From Corallochytrium limacisporum Hawaii (lineage: Eukaryota; Protista; Pluriformea): DNA of 64,000 nt. The stretch lies in contig PDIP01000064.1 of assembly GCA_002811645.1 (NCBI GenBank), forward strand, positions 208,763 through 272,762. The letters are read 5' to 3'. Below the pieces are notes generated by a model. The model worked only from the letters and a program-made list of their open reading frames with translations, was not told the DNA's origin and did not search any database. Made by a program: the position numbers and the translations under genes. Each line of letters starts with the position of its first letter. Position 1 is the stretch's first letter. Shown piece by piece: positions 1 through 10,463 of the stretch.

Positions 1-1
1 G

Positions 2-1042
2 CCACTGCAATGTCCGTCCATCAAATTGCGCAGTGGGATATGTATGCCCATGCTGGGGCTTGGCACTTTCAAAGTCAAGGATGAATCAGATGTTGAGACC
101 GCAGTTCGGGCTGCTGTGAAGCATGGATATAGACGCATCGATACGGCAAAAGTCTACCGCAATGAGAGTATGATAGGAAAGGTCTTGAAGGAGATTCAGT
201 CACCTACAGACGGAAGACAGATATGGATCACTACCAAACTTGGACCTAAAGATCAAGGTTATGATCAGGCCATAAAGGCTGTTGAAAAGTCACTAACAGA
301 CTTAGGGGTTGACTGTATCGACCTCATCCTAATCCATTGGCCTGGCAGCCAGGGACTGCAGCCGGACGACAGCCAACACCGGATCATGCGCAGCCAGACT
401 TGGCAGGCTCTTTTGGACGCTAAGTCCAGGGGCCTCTGCCGAAGCGTTGGTGTGTCAAATTACACTGTACGCCACTTGAAGGAACTGGCGGAAGATTTGC
501 TTGCTGGAGAATCAGACCCATCTTTGCTCCCTGAAATCAATCAGGTCGAGTATCACCCGCTGTTTCGTCAGGATGAATTGCGTGCCTACTGTGCAGAGCA
601 CGGGATCGCAGTAGAGGCATACAGTGTGCTTGGAAAAGGTCTTTTCTTCCCCAAGAGTAATGGATCCTGGGATCTGCCCGCTGATCTGACAATGGCAATG
701 GCCCCGAAACTGTCTGCATCGCTTGACCAGTTGGCTACGATCGCACACGACAGCAATCTTGCCATATCAGACATGCTCATGCGCTACGTTGTGGCCAAGG
801 GTTACCCACTGTGCCCTAAATCAGTCCACGAGAGCTACATTAAGGCGAACGGTAGGACTATCACAGACGAGTGCAGAGCTCACCCGTCTCGGTACGTTGA
901 GTATGACCGGTGGCCAGTGGCAGAGGACAGGATAGCAGACCCACAAGCAACACCCGAGGCTCTGTCCAATGCAGTGATCGAGGCTTTGGATGCTATCGAG
1001 CTGCAGTACAAGATCGCCTGGAACCCGGACGTGATACGATAA
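2..1042 (+). CDS. Aldo-keto reductase family protein (5'-partial; frame is open to the window edge)
   Basis: The frame reads PSIKLRSGICMPMLGLGT... with AKR motifs GYRRIDTAKVY (catalytic D/Y), TTKL (K), IDLILIHWP (H), GVSNY, NQVEYHP and PKS. There is no upstream stop in the window, so the true start probably lies before base 1. Confidence 0.93.
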   Translation, partial: PLQCPSIKLRSGICMPMLGLGTFKVKDESDVETAVRAAVKHGYRRIDTAKVYRNESMIGKVLKEIQSPTDGRQIWITTKLGPKDQGYDQAIKAVEKSLTDLGVDCIDLILIHWPGSQGLQPDDSQHRIMRSQTWQALLDAKSRGLCRSVGVSNYTVRHLKELAEDLLAGESDPSLLPEINQVEYHPLFRQDELRAYCAEHGIAVEAYSVLGKGLFFPKSNGSWDLPADLTMAMAPKLSASLDQLATIAHDSNLAISDMLMRYVVAKGYPLCPKSVHESYIKANGRTITDECRAHPSRYVEYDRWPVAEDRIADPQATPEALSNAVIEALDAIELQYKIAWNPDVIR

Positions 1043-1351
1043 AGGAACTTGGTTAAAGAAATATATATACTCACCGGTATCATGGAGAGCCGTCCCATCC
1101 CTTCCCGGACGTGCTGAGCAATTCCGTATGGTTTCCAATTTACCTGTTAGGGTGAGGGGGAATAGCAGAGGGCCACCCCCACCTTTAGATGTCCTCCTGC
1201 TATCTAAGGAGGGAGAGATTTTGTGTGCTAGTTTTGTTGTTTGCGGCAGCGGGTCTCACGACAAGGGGTAGATAATGGCGAGTACCGCGGTAAGATCAAC
1301 CAGATAATGAGACTTTTGAGAGTAGTGTGTAGACATAGATGGAAATGAAAA

Positions 1352-2803
1352 ATGCCAGGACGAGCCACAAATGGCCAGCAAGCGCGGGCACAAGGAGCAC
1401 CACAGCCGAATCAGCAACCCAAAGGTGAAGATGTTCATAGGGCATTACTCAAGAGGGGCTATCTAGTTTTGCCTATCTCGTTGTGTATCGCTGTCGTCGC
1501 CGCCCTGGTCGGTATTGGTGGCATGTACTTCGATCAGGTCCACACTGTGAGAGAATTGCAGGAAAGTTTGGGAGAGCAGGGGGCAAGTCCTTCCGATCCT
1601 CAATCTGCAAAGGCAGACGAGGAGAAAGAACTCATGTCGAGGAAGTTGGAGTTCCTCAAGGACCAGCTGGAAGAGACACGCGCTCGTGTGGCAAAGTGCT
1701 TTGAAGACTACGCAACGAGCCACAAATTCTCACTGCCAGACGGGCCCACTCTTACGGAGGTTGACCGCCGCTCAGATCTAACTTTTGAAGAATTCTTTCA
1801 CGAGTATGAACGAAAGAGCAAACCGGTTATCATTACAGACTATGCGGGAAAAGTGTTTCCTGGCGGACTTTGGAGTATAGAAAGGATCAGAGAGGCCTGC
1901 GGAGACCAGGAATTCACAGCAAAGCGAAAGAATCTACGCAGTACAGAGTGGGCTCTGCTAGAGGATGTCGGAGAGAAGAACGTGGGCGAGTTCATAGACT
2001 ACTACCAGGAACAGAAGCAATCTCGAGCGGATGAGAATCCTCTGTATCTCTTTGATTGGCCCCTACACAACTGTGACGAAACACTGCTGCGACCCGACAG
2101 CTTCATCATGCCGAAGTATTTTGCGGGAGACTTTCTCAGAAGGCAACCGAGACTGAGAAAGGGTACCCGAGCACACAAGGTCCTGGACGGTGTTAAGCTT
2201 GACATTGCCTTCCCCACTCTGTTCATGAGCAATGACGGAACATCCAGCGGTATGCATATCGACGGATATGGATCAAGCTTCTGGATGATCCTCCTTGAGG
2301 GCGAAAAGCACTGGGTCTTCTTTGATCCCGCGGATATCCCACTGCTCTATGAAAACCGGGAGACTTTTGTCATGGATGTTGATGTGAGGCCCGTAACGAA
2401 GTACGGACGTGTACCTAACGGTGAAAACAAGGCAGAAGCTGCCAAAACCTTGTTGGAAGAGAAACCGTTGGTCAGGTTCGCTCATGGATTTGAGGTCGTC
2501 CTCAAGCCCGGAGAACTGCTCTTTGTGCCCGCCGGAACGCCTCACCAGGTCAGTAATGTCGGCGACGCCGTCGCTGTCTGTGGTAACTATGTCGATGAAG
2601 CGAACCTGGACTATGCCTTGTCAGCCACCAGTTCTGAATGGTACCGTAATGACTACCTCTATCATTGGATGATGACTGTACCCCGGGGAAATCCTAAGAC
2701 CCAGCAAGATATGACATACCTTGACTACCGCAAGGGTGTGGACATCATGTCGTACACGAGAGATCAGATCCTCTACGGAGACACAGAGAAACGACGGATT
2801 TGA
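1352..2803 (+). CDS. JmjC-domain (cupin) Fe/2-oxoglutarate oxygenase with an N-terminal transmembrane anchor and coiled coil (JMJD4/6/8-like)
   Basis: KPVIITD motif, YLFDW, HxD motif SGMHIDG, GEKHWVFF and distal His in LKPGELLFVPAGTPHQVSN. A hydrophobic segment (LVLPISLCIAVVAALVGIGGMYF) is followed by a heptad-rich segment. Confidence 0.88.
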   Translation: MPGRATNGQQARAQGAPQPNQQPKGEDVHRALLKRGYLVLPISLCIAVVAALVGIGGMYFDQVHTVRELQESLGEQGASPSDPQSAKADEEKELMSRKLEFLKDQLEETRARVAKCFEDYATSHKFSLPDGPTLTEVDRRSDLTFEEFFHEYERKSKPVIITDYAGKVFPGGLWSIERIREACGDQEFTAKRKNLRSTEWALLEDVGEKNVGEFIDYYQEQKQSRADENPLYLFDWPLHNCDETLLRPDSFIMPKYFAGDFLRRQPRLRKGTRAHKVLDGVKLDIAFPTLFMSNDGTSSGMHIDGYGSSFWMILLEGEKHWVFFDPADIPLLYENRETFVMDVDVRPVTKYGRVPNGENKAEAAKTLLEEKPLVRFAHGFEVVLKPGELLFVPAGTPHQVSNVGDAVAVCGNYVDEANLDYALSATSSEWYRNDYLYHWMMTVPRGNPKTQQDMTYLDYRKGVDIMSYTRDQILYGDTEKRRI

Positions 2804-2905
2804 ATGTGAGCAACGCACAGTGCAGATGCCTTGCTACAACTGAGTTTCTGATTATGCAAGTAGATTTAATTTTTATGTGTACTCGATGCAATGTAAGCTA
2901 CAACT

Positions 2906-4681
2906 TTAAGCCATGGTACGTTTGTTCTGGTCGTGGTCCTCAGGCTTCATCGCAGGGAACAGCAGGACCTCCTTGATATTGTTGGAGTCGGTAAGAAACA
3001 TGCACAGACGATCGATGCCCAGCCCCCAACCACCGGTGGGTGGTAGACCGTATTCTAGAGCGTTCACGAAGGTCTCATCCACGCCCTGTGCCTCCTCATC
3101 ACCCGCATCTATGTCCTTCTGCTGCAGTTCAAACATGGCACGCTGAACCATCGGGTTGTTCAGCTCAGTGTAAGCGTTACAGATCTCCTTGGTGGCAACG
3201 AAGCATTCGAAGCGTTCTGTAACACCAGGCTTCGAACGGTGGTACTTAGCCAGCGGAGACATGATCTGGGGGTGCTCAGTGATGAAGGTTGGGCTCACAC
3301 ACTCAACCTCGATGTACTCACCGACCAGCTTATCCAGCAGACGAGCAGTTGTGCGAGGGGCACCACAATCGATGTTCTGCTTCACGCACAAATCATCTAG
3401 GAACTGCCGCATTTCATCGGTCTCAAACTTGCTGGAATCCGGGAACTTAACCTTTAACCGTTCTTCCAGACCCTCTACCATAGGGATACGCTTGAACGGG
3501 GGGGTGAAGTCAATTTCCATCTCCGGACCCTCGGGACCTTCTGGGTGGTATGAGAACTTGTAACTGCCCTTGATTGCCTTTACCATCCCACTGAGCATGG
3601 TCTCCGTGATCTCCATGAGGTCTTCGTAGTCCGCGTATGCCATGTAAAATTCCATGGCAGTGAACTCAGGGTTATGTGTCATGTCAATGCCCTCGTTGCG
3701 GAAGTTCTTCCCGATCTCATAGACACGCTCCATACCGCCCACAATGAGCATCTTCAGATACAGCTCAGGAGCAATGCGCATGAACAGCTCCATGTTCAGA
3801 TCGTTGTGGTGTGTCACAAATGGTTTAGCAGTCGCACCGCCAGCAATCATGTTCAGCATGGGAGTTTCGACCTCGAGGAAACCCATACCGTCCATGAAGC
3901 GACGCAAGTAGCTAATGATGCGGGCCCGAGTGTGAAAGATATTGTGTACGTCACGGTTGAGCATGAGGTCCAGGTAGCGCGCACGGTATCGGGCCTCTTT
4001 TTCCTTGAAACCAAAGTGATCGGAAGGTAGCATATGCAAGCAGGGACTGAGTATCTTAATGCTCTGAGCCATAATGGAGAACTCGCCACTCTTAGAACGG
4101 CAAGGTTTGCCGGTCACACCAACAATGTCTCCACGACGAACCTTAGAGTGTTCCTCGAGGAAGTCGTCCGCTCCCTTCTCGTGGCGACTTGCCTCAGCCA
4201 TGATCTGCACACGCTGACCGTCCTGACGCAGATCATAGAAAAGCAACTTGGAACCACTGGCGCGCTTGGCGTAGATACGGCCAGCCACAGACATAACCTC
4301 ATCGACCTCGTCACCATTGTTGGGGACCTTGGGTTCGTACTGCTCAATCATATCGGGCAGGTTGATGGAAACGTAGTACTTATGAGGATAGGGATGTTCC
4401 CATTGTTTCACAGTACCCATGCGCAGCTCGTGGTACTTGGAAGGGTCAATATCGCCAGCCTCATCCTCTCCGGTGAGTTTCTTTTTAGATGCCGTGCCGC
4501 TCGCTGTCTGCTTGGCAGCCAGTTCCTTCTGCTTGGCCTCCTTCTCAAGAGCCTTCTGGGCCTGCTTGAGACGACGCTTCAGCTCACTCTTGGATATCTC
4601 TTCGCCGGGCTTGACGACTCCGAGACGCTCAGCCTCCGCCCGAGTATCGGTGGCTGTGCCCTGATGATTCTGGTCAACCAT
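2906..4681 (-). CDS. KARS1: Lysine--tRNA ligase, cytosolic class II
   Basis: Eukaryotic N-extension [12 protein letters not shown]-fold, [44 protein letters not shown] and [16 protein letters not shown]. Confidence 0.98.
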   Translation of the reverse strand: MVDQNHQGTATDTRAEAERLGVVKPGEEISKSELKRRLKQAQKALEKEAKQKELAAKQTASGTASKKKLTGEDEAGDIDPSKYHELRMGTVKQWEHPYPHKYYVSINLPDMIEQYEPKVPNNGDEVDEVMSVAGRIYAKRASGSKLLFYDLRQDGQRVQIMAEASRHEKGADDFLEEHSKVRRGDIVGVTGKPCRSKSGEFSIMAQSIKILSPCLHMLPSDHFGFKEKEARYRARYLDLMLNRDVHNIFHTRARIISYLRRFMDGMGFLEVETPMLNMIAGGATAKPFVTHHNDLNMELFMRIAPELYLKMLIVGGMERVYEIGKNFRNEGIDMTHNPEFTAMEFYMAYADYEDLMEITETMLSGMVKAIKGSYKFSYHPEGPEGPEMEIDFTPPFKRIPMVEGLEERLKVKFPDSSKFETDEMRQFLDDLCVKQNIDCGAPRTTARLLDKLVGEYIEVECVSPTFITEHPQIMSPLAKYHRSKPGVTERFECFVATKEICNAYTELNNPMVQRAMFELQQKDIDAGDEEAQGVDETFVNALEYGLPPTGGWGLGIDRLCMFLTDSNNIKEVLLFPAMKPEDHDQNKRTMA

Positions 4682-5376
4682 TACTCTTGTGTTTGATTAA
4701 AGTTTCCCTATTCTATACTAACAGTACAATAAGAGAATGAATGTCTGTGTAATGTTCCACCTGAACCATACGTACGCCATCCTTCAAAAACCCGGAGAGT
4801 AATTATGGACCGGCCAATAGCCAAGAAACGGTGTGCGAGGACACTACGATTGAATTAGCGTCTATGATTCCGCGCCATTGGTCCAAAACTTTCCCCATCA
4901 ATCCGTAGGGGGGTGGGGGGGAAATAACACAAAGGACGAGCCAGGGCACATGAGCAAGCAAGAATCTGCAGAAACGCGGCACACTGACCCTGCCCCGCCA
5001 TGGGATGGGGAAGCATTCGCAGTCATTTGCGCTCTCGTGTTTTTCCGTAGCGGGTACACGTGGAGTTTGCTCTCCCCTCTCCCTCCCTGGGGGCAACGCC
5101 AATGGAGCAGTTGGGGAGGGGGGGGTGTGGGGAGGGCGGCTTCCCGTTTACCTGGTCTTAGCTCTACTTTACCTTCTCCCTTTGCTGACCTCCCGTCCCG
5201 CCGAAAGGCCTTAAATGAGGGCTGGGAGACCGAGAGACAAATAGGCCCCGATTCATCACCTCTGTCGATCATAGTCCGCATCAGTGTCGCGGACGTCATT
5301 TTTTAAGGTGAACATAGTGTGTGCATGAGAAGCCAACAAGAGAAGAAAGTTTGCGTTTACTAAAATGAAAAAGACA

Positions 5377-6309
5377 TTACAGAGCGGCGTTGCCAACCAG
5401 GTCGACGTAAGCGTTTGAGATGACCTTGACGTTGCGCTCCTTCACCCAGACCTCGAACAGAACGCGATTCTTGTTAGTATCATCACGCCACATGCGGGTC
5501 TCCAAGGTTTCGCCCGGAAACACTGGGGAAGCAAATCGGACCTTGATGGCACGGAAGCGGCTGGCATCATTGTTGGCAAAGGTCTTCAGCACAGCAGACG
5601 CCCCGTGGCCGAAAGTGCACAGGCCGTGGAGGATGGGCTTCGGGAACTTGACCATCTTGGCAATTTCTGGGTCAGCATGCAGAGGGTTGTAGTCACCAGA
5701 CAAACGGTACATCAAAGCTTGGATTTCGCTGGTCTTTTGAGAGTGAACTGCATCGGGCTCGCGCTTAGGTGCTGCATAGCTAGGTTCTGGAGCCTTCTTC
5801 TCACCACCGAAACCACCCATGCCACGAATAAAACCACCGCTTACCATGCGGCAGAGCAGATCACCAGTCTTGGGGTCCGCAAGTGACGTTTCGGTGTCTA
5901 TAAGCAGGCCGCTGCCCTTATCGTAGACACCGAGAACCTTGGTTGTCATCATCAGGTCTGCCTCAGTGGGCAAGGGGCGCAGAACTTCAAGATACTGTTC
6001 ACCGTGCAGTGCCATGCTAGGATTGTACGGAGGGATTCCGGGAATGGATCCAGCCTTGGGCGGCATCCGAGCGCTGGTGGGGTGCGGAGATCCGAACTCG
6101 ACAACATCGAAGGAGTCGCCTTTGAAGGTGAGGACCACAGGGAATGTGGGGAACATGGCAAACTGTGGATTTAGCTCATAGCTGTAGCGCAAATCAGTAG
6201 CACCAATACCCAACGCGTACATGATCAAATCTCGTCGATTGTACTTGGTCAAGGTGTTGGTGGCCACAAACCCCTTTGCAAGCTCAGGCTTGACATCTTT
6301 GCCGGACAT
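5377..6309 (-). CDS. Enoyl-CoA hydratase 2 (MFE-2 type double hot-dog, MaoC), stand-alone
   Basis: YALGIGA, LHGEQYL, hydratase-2 motif YRLSGDYNPLHADP, PILHGLCTFG and VRFASPVFPGETL. The C-terminus is -AAL, at best a weak PTS1. Confidence 0.95.
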   Translation of the reverse strand: MSGKDVKPELAKGFVATNTLTKYNRRDLIMYALGIGATDLRYSYELNPQFAMFPTFPVVLTFKGDSFDVVEFGSPHPTSARMPPKAGSIPGIPPYNPSMALHGEQYLEVLRPLPTEADLMMTTKVLGVYDKGSGLLIDTETSLADPKTGDLLCRMVSGGFIRGMGGFGGEKKAPEPSYAAPKREPDAVHSQKTSEIQALMYRLSGDYNPLHADPEIAKMVKFPKPILHGLCTFGHGASAVLKTFANNDASRFRAIKVRFASPVFPGETLETRMWRDDTNKNRVLFEVWVKERNVKVISNAYVDLVGNAAL

Positions 6310-7052
6310 GATTCGCTTTTCTCTTAATACTGCGAGAAACTGATCGAGTTAGAGAGCACTGCACGTCATAGGCAAATTACTGACCAGCTGCTGACTCCGG
6401 TCCTGTCTAATAGGTTTACTACCAACTGTGTTCTCATGCGGATGGTCTGGTTGCCTGATATATGGGCTAGCGGAGTGAGCGTATTGAGGTGATGTCGGCA
6501 GACATCGCTACTGGACACCGGTCTGTCGGTAGTTTAGGTTAAGCCTTATACTGAGCCATCTCAAGTCAACAGACCCTTCCTCATCTTATACACTCACAAC
6601 ATCTGATGGGACTGCGCAGCCTAAATATAGTACCACCCTGGGCAATAAATCATCGTAGCGCTTCCAATATAAAGAATATGCGTTTACAAAAATCAAAAAA
6701 AATCAGAGTGATCTGTATTGAATTTTCAGTTTTCTCGATTCTTGTTTTCTGTGTCGGTTTTTTTTATGACAAATATACCGTGAACCTTGTAAATGTCTGA
6801 AATCAGAATCCGCACTCGTGGGTGAAATGCAAGGTTTCCGGCTCTTGGTGGGTGTGCAGCGCGTACGTGCGCAGGTGGCAGTCGCGGAAAGAGTGCGCAG
6901 GGTATTTGAGGGGTTCATTGGCGTCTGTTCACGACCACTTGGAAGCTGAAAGAGCCAAAAATTACAAGACAGATCGTGACACGATGTTTGGCTCTCGAAT
7001 GAAGTGAAATTTTCGTGGTAGTAGTAATCGTTTAAACGCACTTCACAACACC

Positions 7053-8024
7053 ATGTACGAGGGCCCCGAAAAATCTGTTCTCGAACTCATCGACCCAGTC
7101 CGTATTGGAGAGAAGAGGAAGAGATCAGAAAGCGATAGTGAAGATTGGCGCCACCCGAAGCTGCCCCGCTGGACGGGGGAGCTTCCTTCTGCCCAAGCAA
7201 TTCAGCAGGCCACAAAACAGATCAGAGAAGCGAACCAAAAGGACCATAGGGATTATTTCGTAAGAGAACTATCTGCATTGTCAATAAGAGCCATGCGTGC
7301 CGCCAAGGAACTGCATGACTGGGTTCGGGCACTGCATCGAGACAAGGTGTATAACAGCGAGGATGGTACCAGCGTCATTCTGACAATGGTTGACCTCGCA
7401 ACGCCAATTGCACCCTTTGCCAATGCGCAGGGTCACTTCGGGTTCGGCCCACAAGCAACAAAGGGAGCAACGAAGGGAGGGAAAAAGGGAGGAAATAAGC
7501 GAGAGCAGGTAGCTAAGAAGCTGACGATGGACCATTGGGCCATGCTCCGAGCAGGACTTAAGATGCCAACCTGCGAAGAAATGGGCCTGCTCAAGGCGGA
7601 GGCGGAGATTCGTCGGACAGAACCAGAGCCATTTGAGTCGACCATTCTTTTTGAGAAAATTTCGATGACAAGTTTTGAGCTCTGTGAAAAGGCAGAGGCA
7701 CTGATTGCCAGTGTAGAAGCGCACACAGGAGGCGGTGGTAGCATCAAGAAGGCACAAAACCAAACGAAGGAAGAAACCACGGACAGCAAAACGAAAGGGG
7801 ACAGAGAAGACCACCACCAGGGGACCCAAGATGTCCATACCCAGTTCCGCAGTTGGTTCATTGACTATCTTGACACCAACGCATCGAACGAGATGGAAGA
7901 GTTGCGTCAGCGCGTCCAGGATGACCCCTCCCGCATTCCCGTTGTGCAGTCTGCGCTCAGGGCCCTGGCTGATTCCTTAGGTGAGGAGGAGAAGGTCGCG
8001 TGGATGAATACAAGCACAAACTGA
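7053..8024 (+). CDS. Hypothetical nuclear protein with a possible C-terminal Rsa3-like (ribosome assembly) domain
   Basis: 323-aa ORF with a good start context (accATGT) and an NLS-like EKRKR. The C-terminus FRSWFIDYLDTNASNEMEELRQ...IPVVQSALRALADSLGEEEK resembles the Rsa3 pattern as I recall it. Confidence 0.7.
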   Translation: MYEGPEKSVLELIDPVRIGEKRKRSESDSEDWRHPKLPRWTGELPSAQAIQQATKQIREANQKDHRDYFVRELSALSIRAMRAAKELHDWVRALHRDKVYNSEDGTSVILTMVDLATPIAPFANAQGHFGFGPQATKGATKGGKKGGNKREQVAKKLTMDHWAMLRAGLKMPTCEEMGLLKAEAEIRRTEPEPFESTILFEKISMTSFELCEKAEALIASVEAHTGGGGSIKKAQNQTKEETTDSKTKGDREDHHQGTQDVHTQFRSWFIDYLDTNASNEMEELRQRVQDDPSRIPVVQSALRALADSLGEEEKVAWMNTSTN

Positions 8025-8120
8025 ACCTTAGGAATATATCAATTATGGTAGCATCACCAAACTCATTCTCAATGTCAAAAGGAAAGCGAAATCTGTTTTC
8101 ATTCAATTCTCTTTGTTCAC

Positions 8121-10463
8121 TTATGGGTTGGCTGTCATTGCGGCAGTGATGGCCGTCGCTTTTGCACCAGCCGGGAGCGACCGTGATGCGGTGGGTGCCT
8201 TGTTTGTCTCCACAATGGCTACTGTCGGTGCCTGCAGTGCCTTGTTCCGGGACATAATCTGTGACTCTTCGAGATCATGCAAGTTCGAAAGTTGCAGCAG
8301 GTGGTCCACCAATTCCTTGACCAAAGGTACCTCATCGTCGTCTGTCACACGGTCCTGCATTGTCGGCGCTGCACGAACGAAGCAATGGTATACACGTGAG
8401 CACTGTTCTGCCGGCAGGGTCTGGAGGTCGAGATCCTCCGCGCGTTTGTCCTCGTGCTGCTCCAGAGCTCGTGTCTGAAGGCTGGAGATAGAGTCCAGAA
8501 ACTTGAGACAGTTCTCTCGCTCCCCGACAATGAACTCGTTCATGGGCTTCATGTAAGGTTCCTTGTCGCCAAACTCTACCAAATTGCCGAGGTTCTGGAT
8601 GATCTTGGCGAGGAGTGTACATGTTCTTGCTGCATTGCTCGGAACGTCGCCATTCCAAAGGTTAAACAAGCGCGGCCCAAGGATAGCGGGACAAAGGAAT
8701 CGCAGGAAGAGGAAGCCACTGATAGCGATCATTTCCGTCTCCTCGGTCGCACCGGGTAGTTTGGCCTCCTGAACGTGGTGGCGGATATGCCAGTAGACAT
8801 AGCGCATTTCCAAAGGCATTGAACCCGCCGAGGTCACAATGCACTGCCACACACGCTTTGAATACGCCTTGAGATTCTCCATGTTCTTTTCAAGGTTATC
8901 CTTCTTGCCAATACGCATGGGGTCAATTTCTGTGTTCTTGTTCTCTTTGATGATGTCGCTGATGATATCCAGCAGGACTTTGTCCATATATGACCGACCG
9001 CAAATCTTTTGGAAGACATCGACAGCCTTGGAAGCCATGGAATTGCCACGGAACAGGGTCCCAGCATCGCTCTGACGGCCAATCTCTGCAGTTACTGTGT
9101 CGCAGACAAAGAAAATGGCCTTACCTTTCGGCTGCAGCATGCGAACAATTGCCTTGGCAGTGTCCTCACGCTCACTGCTGGTGCGACCAAGGACAGCACA
9201 GATAGCATAGTGGTCGTTCATGACGAAGTCGATGAAGTTGATGTAGTGGTCGGTATCCACAACGGCCTCCTCTGTGTACTTTACATTTAGGCGCAATTGC
9301 CCCATAGGGAACTCTGAGCTTCCGCTGGTTGACTTCAACTGAAGCAACCCACGCAGAGATCCACTGTGACTGTTTGAGCTGGACGTGGCCAAGCTGTTCG
9401 TCCGGTTGGCGGTGATAATTCCGTTATCCCATATCTGATTTGCCATAGCCATCTTTACCATGACATTCTGATAGGCGTTAGCAAGCTGAATGGCGGGTTT
9501 GTATGCTTTGTTATCTGCTGTGATCAGGTTCTTGCTCTGCTCCTTGGACTCCCTTTCAGCCTGCAGCAAGTCTTCATCCTTGGGCTTGAGCATTATGAAG
9601 CGATTTACCGTCTGTCCCACCTTTAGATCTGCCATGCTCACGGTGTAGAAACCCATAAATACATCATCACTGGAATGTTTGGCCCAGACACTGATATGTA
9701 GGTGGCGTTCCGGTATCAGATCTGGTAGATTGTACACGACACGATCCCCAAATGTCGGATTTGAGCTCTTCTTCGCTGTCTTGGTGGTCCACATTGTGTC
9801 CAACTTAGCATCTGGGAGCATGTGCGCCACACAGTAGATCTCAGCCTCCTTCTTGCCTGCGAGGTCCTTGGACAAATCCTGGCCGGTCTTCACTTTCAAT
9901 TCAAGTTGGTACTTGACCGGCAATGTCCAATTCGGCAATCCCTTTTCTGCTGCAGTTCCATGATTGACAGCTTGACTGGTTCCTGGAGTGTCGATACCTT
10001 CCGTCAAGTCCGTCTTCTTCGAGACCTCCGTCACTGCAAGAGAAATCCGCAACGCACCTCGAATGCTGCCTTCGCCCTTGGCACTTGTGATGGGGAACCA
10101 GTACGTTCCGGGTTTCATCGACCGCAAAGCCCTCGGGGGAAGGACCACCTTACCCCTGGGTTCATCCTTGGTGATACGATTCGCTTCCCATAGCACAACC
10201 TCGACTCCGTCAAAGTCATTCTCAATTTTGTGTTCCGACTCGTCCTGCCATTCTGGCTCGTTTGTGTTCCATACGGTGCGAGTGCGTGCAGTTTCCCGGC
10301 CATTGATCTTAACAACACAGTATGTGTCGCTCATACTAAGCAAATCATTGGACTTGAGATCCTTGGCTTCTGCCACCGTGAGAGTCAGAGCCCTTTGCCA
10401 TTTCTGTTCCACTTGGAGGAGACTGTCCACGCTGAGTTCCTTGTGGTTTGGGGTCAAATCCAT
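8121..10463 (-). CDS. Ras GTPase-activating protein, GAP1 family (C2-C2-RasGAP)
   Basis: Two C2 domains (SDTYCVV..TRTVWNTNEPEW; KKSSNPTF), arginine finger TLFRGNS, RasGAP signature FLFLRFLCPAILGP and LLAKIIQNLGN/KEPYM. The first ATG is at 10463; the ORF-track start at 10562 is a TTG. Confidence 0.93.
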   Translation of the reverse strand: MDLTPNHKELSVDSLLQVEQKWQRALTLTVAEAKDLKSNDLLSMSDTYCVVKINGRETARTRTVWNTNEPEWQDESEHKIENDFDGVEVVLWEANRITKDEPRGKVVLPPRALRSMKPGTYWFPITSAKGEGSIRGALRISLAVTEVSKKTDLTEGIDTPGTSQAVNHGTAAEKGLPNWTLPVKYQLELKVKTGQDLSKDLAGKKEAEIYCVAHMLPDAKLDTMWTTKTAKKSSNPTFGDRVVYNLPDLIPERHLHISVWAKHSSDDVFMGFYTVSMADLKVGQTVNRFIMLKPKDEDLLQAERESKEQSKNLITADNKAYKPAIQLANAYQNVMVKMAMANQIWDNGIITANRTNSLATSSSNSHSGSLRGLLQLKSTSGSSEFPMGQLRLNVKYTEEAVVDTDHYINFIDFVMNDHYAICAVLGRTSSEREDTAKAIVRMLQPKGKAIFFVCDTVTAEIGRQSDAGTLFRGNSMASKAVDVFQKICGRSYMDKVLLDIISDIIKENKNTEIDPMRIGKKDNLEKNMENLKAYSKRVWQCIVTSAGSMPLEMRYVYWHIRHHVQEAKLPGATEETEMIAISGFLFLRFLCPAILGPRLFNLWNGDVPSNAARTCTLLAKIIQNLGNLVEFGDKEPYMKPMNEFIVGERENCLKFLDSISSLQTRALEQHEDKRAEDLDLQTLPAEQCSRVYHCFVRAAPTMQDRVTDDDEVPLVKELVDHLLQLSNLHDLEESQIMSRNKALQAPTVAIVETNKAPTASRSLPAGAKATAITAAMTANP

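Noticed and set aside
4682-4780. Upstream ATGGC|GTACGT mini-exon for LysRS (alternative or mitochondrial N-terminus)
   Set aside because: The candidate YAG acceptors give frameshifts or an in-frame stop.
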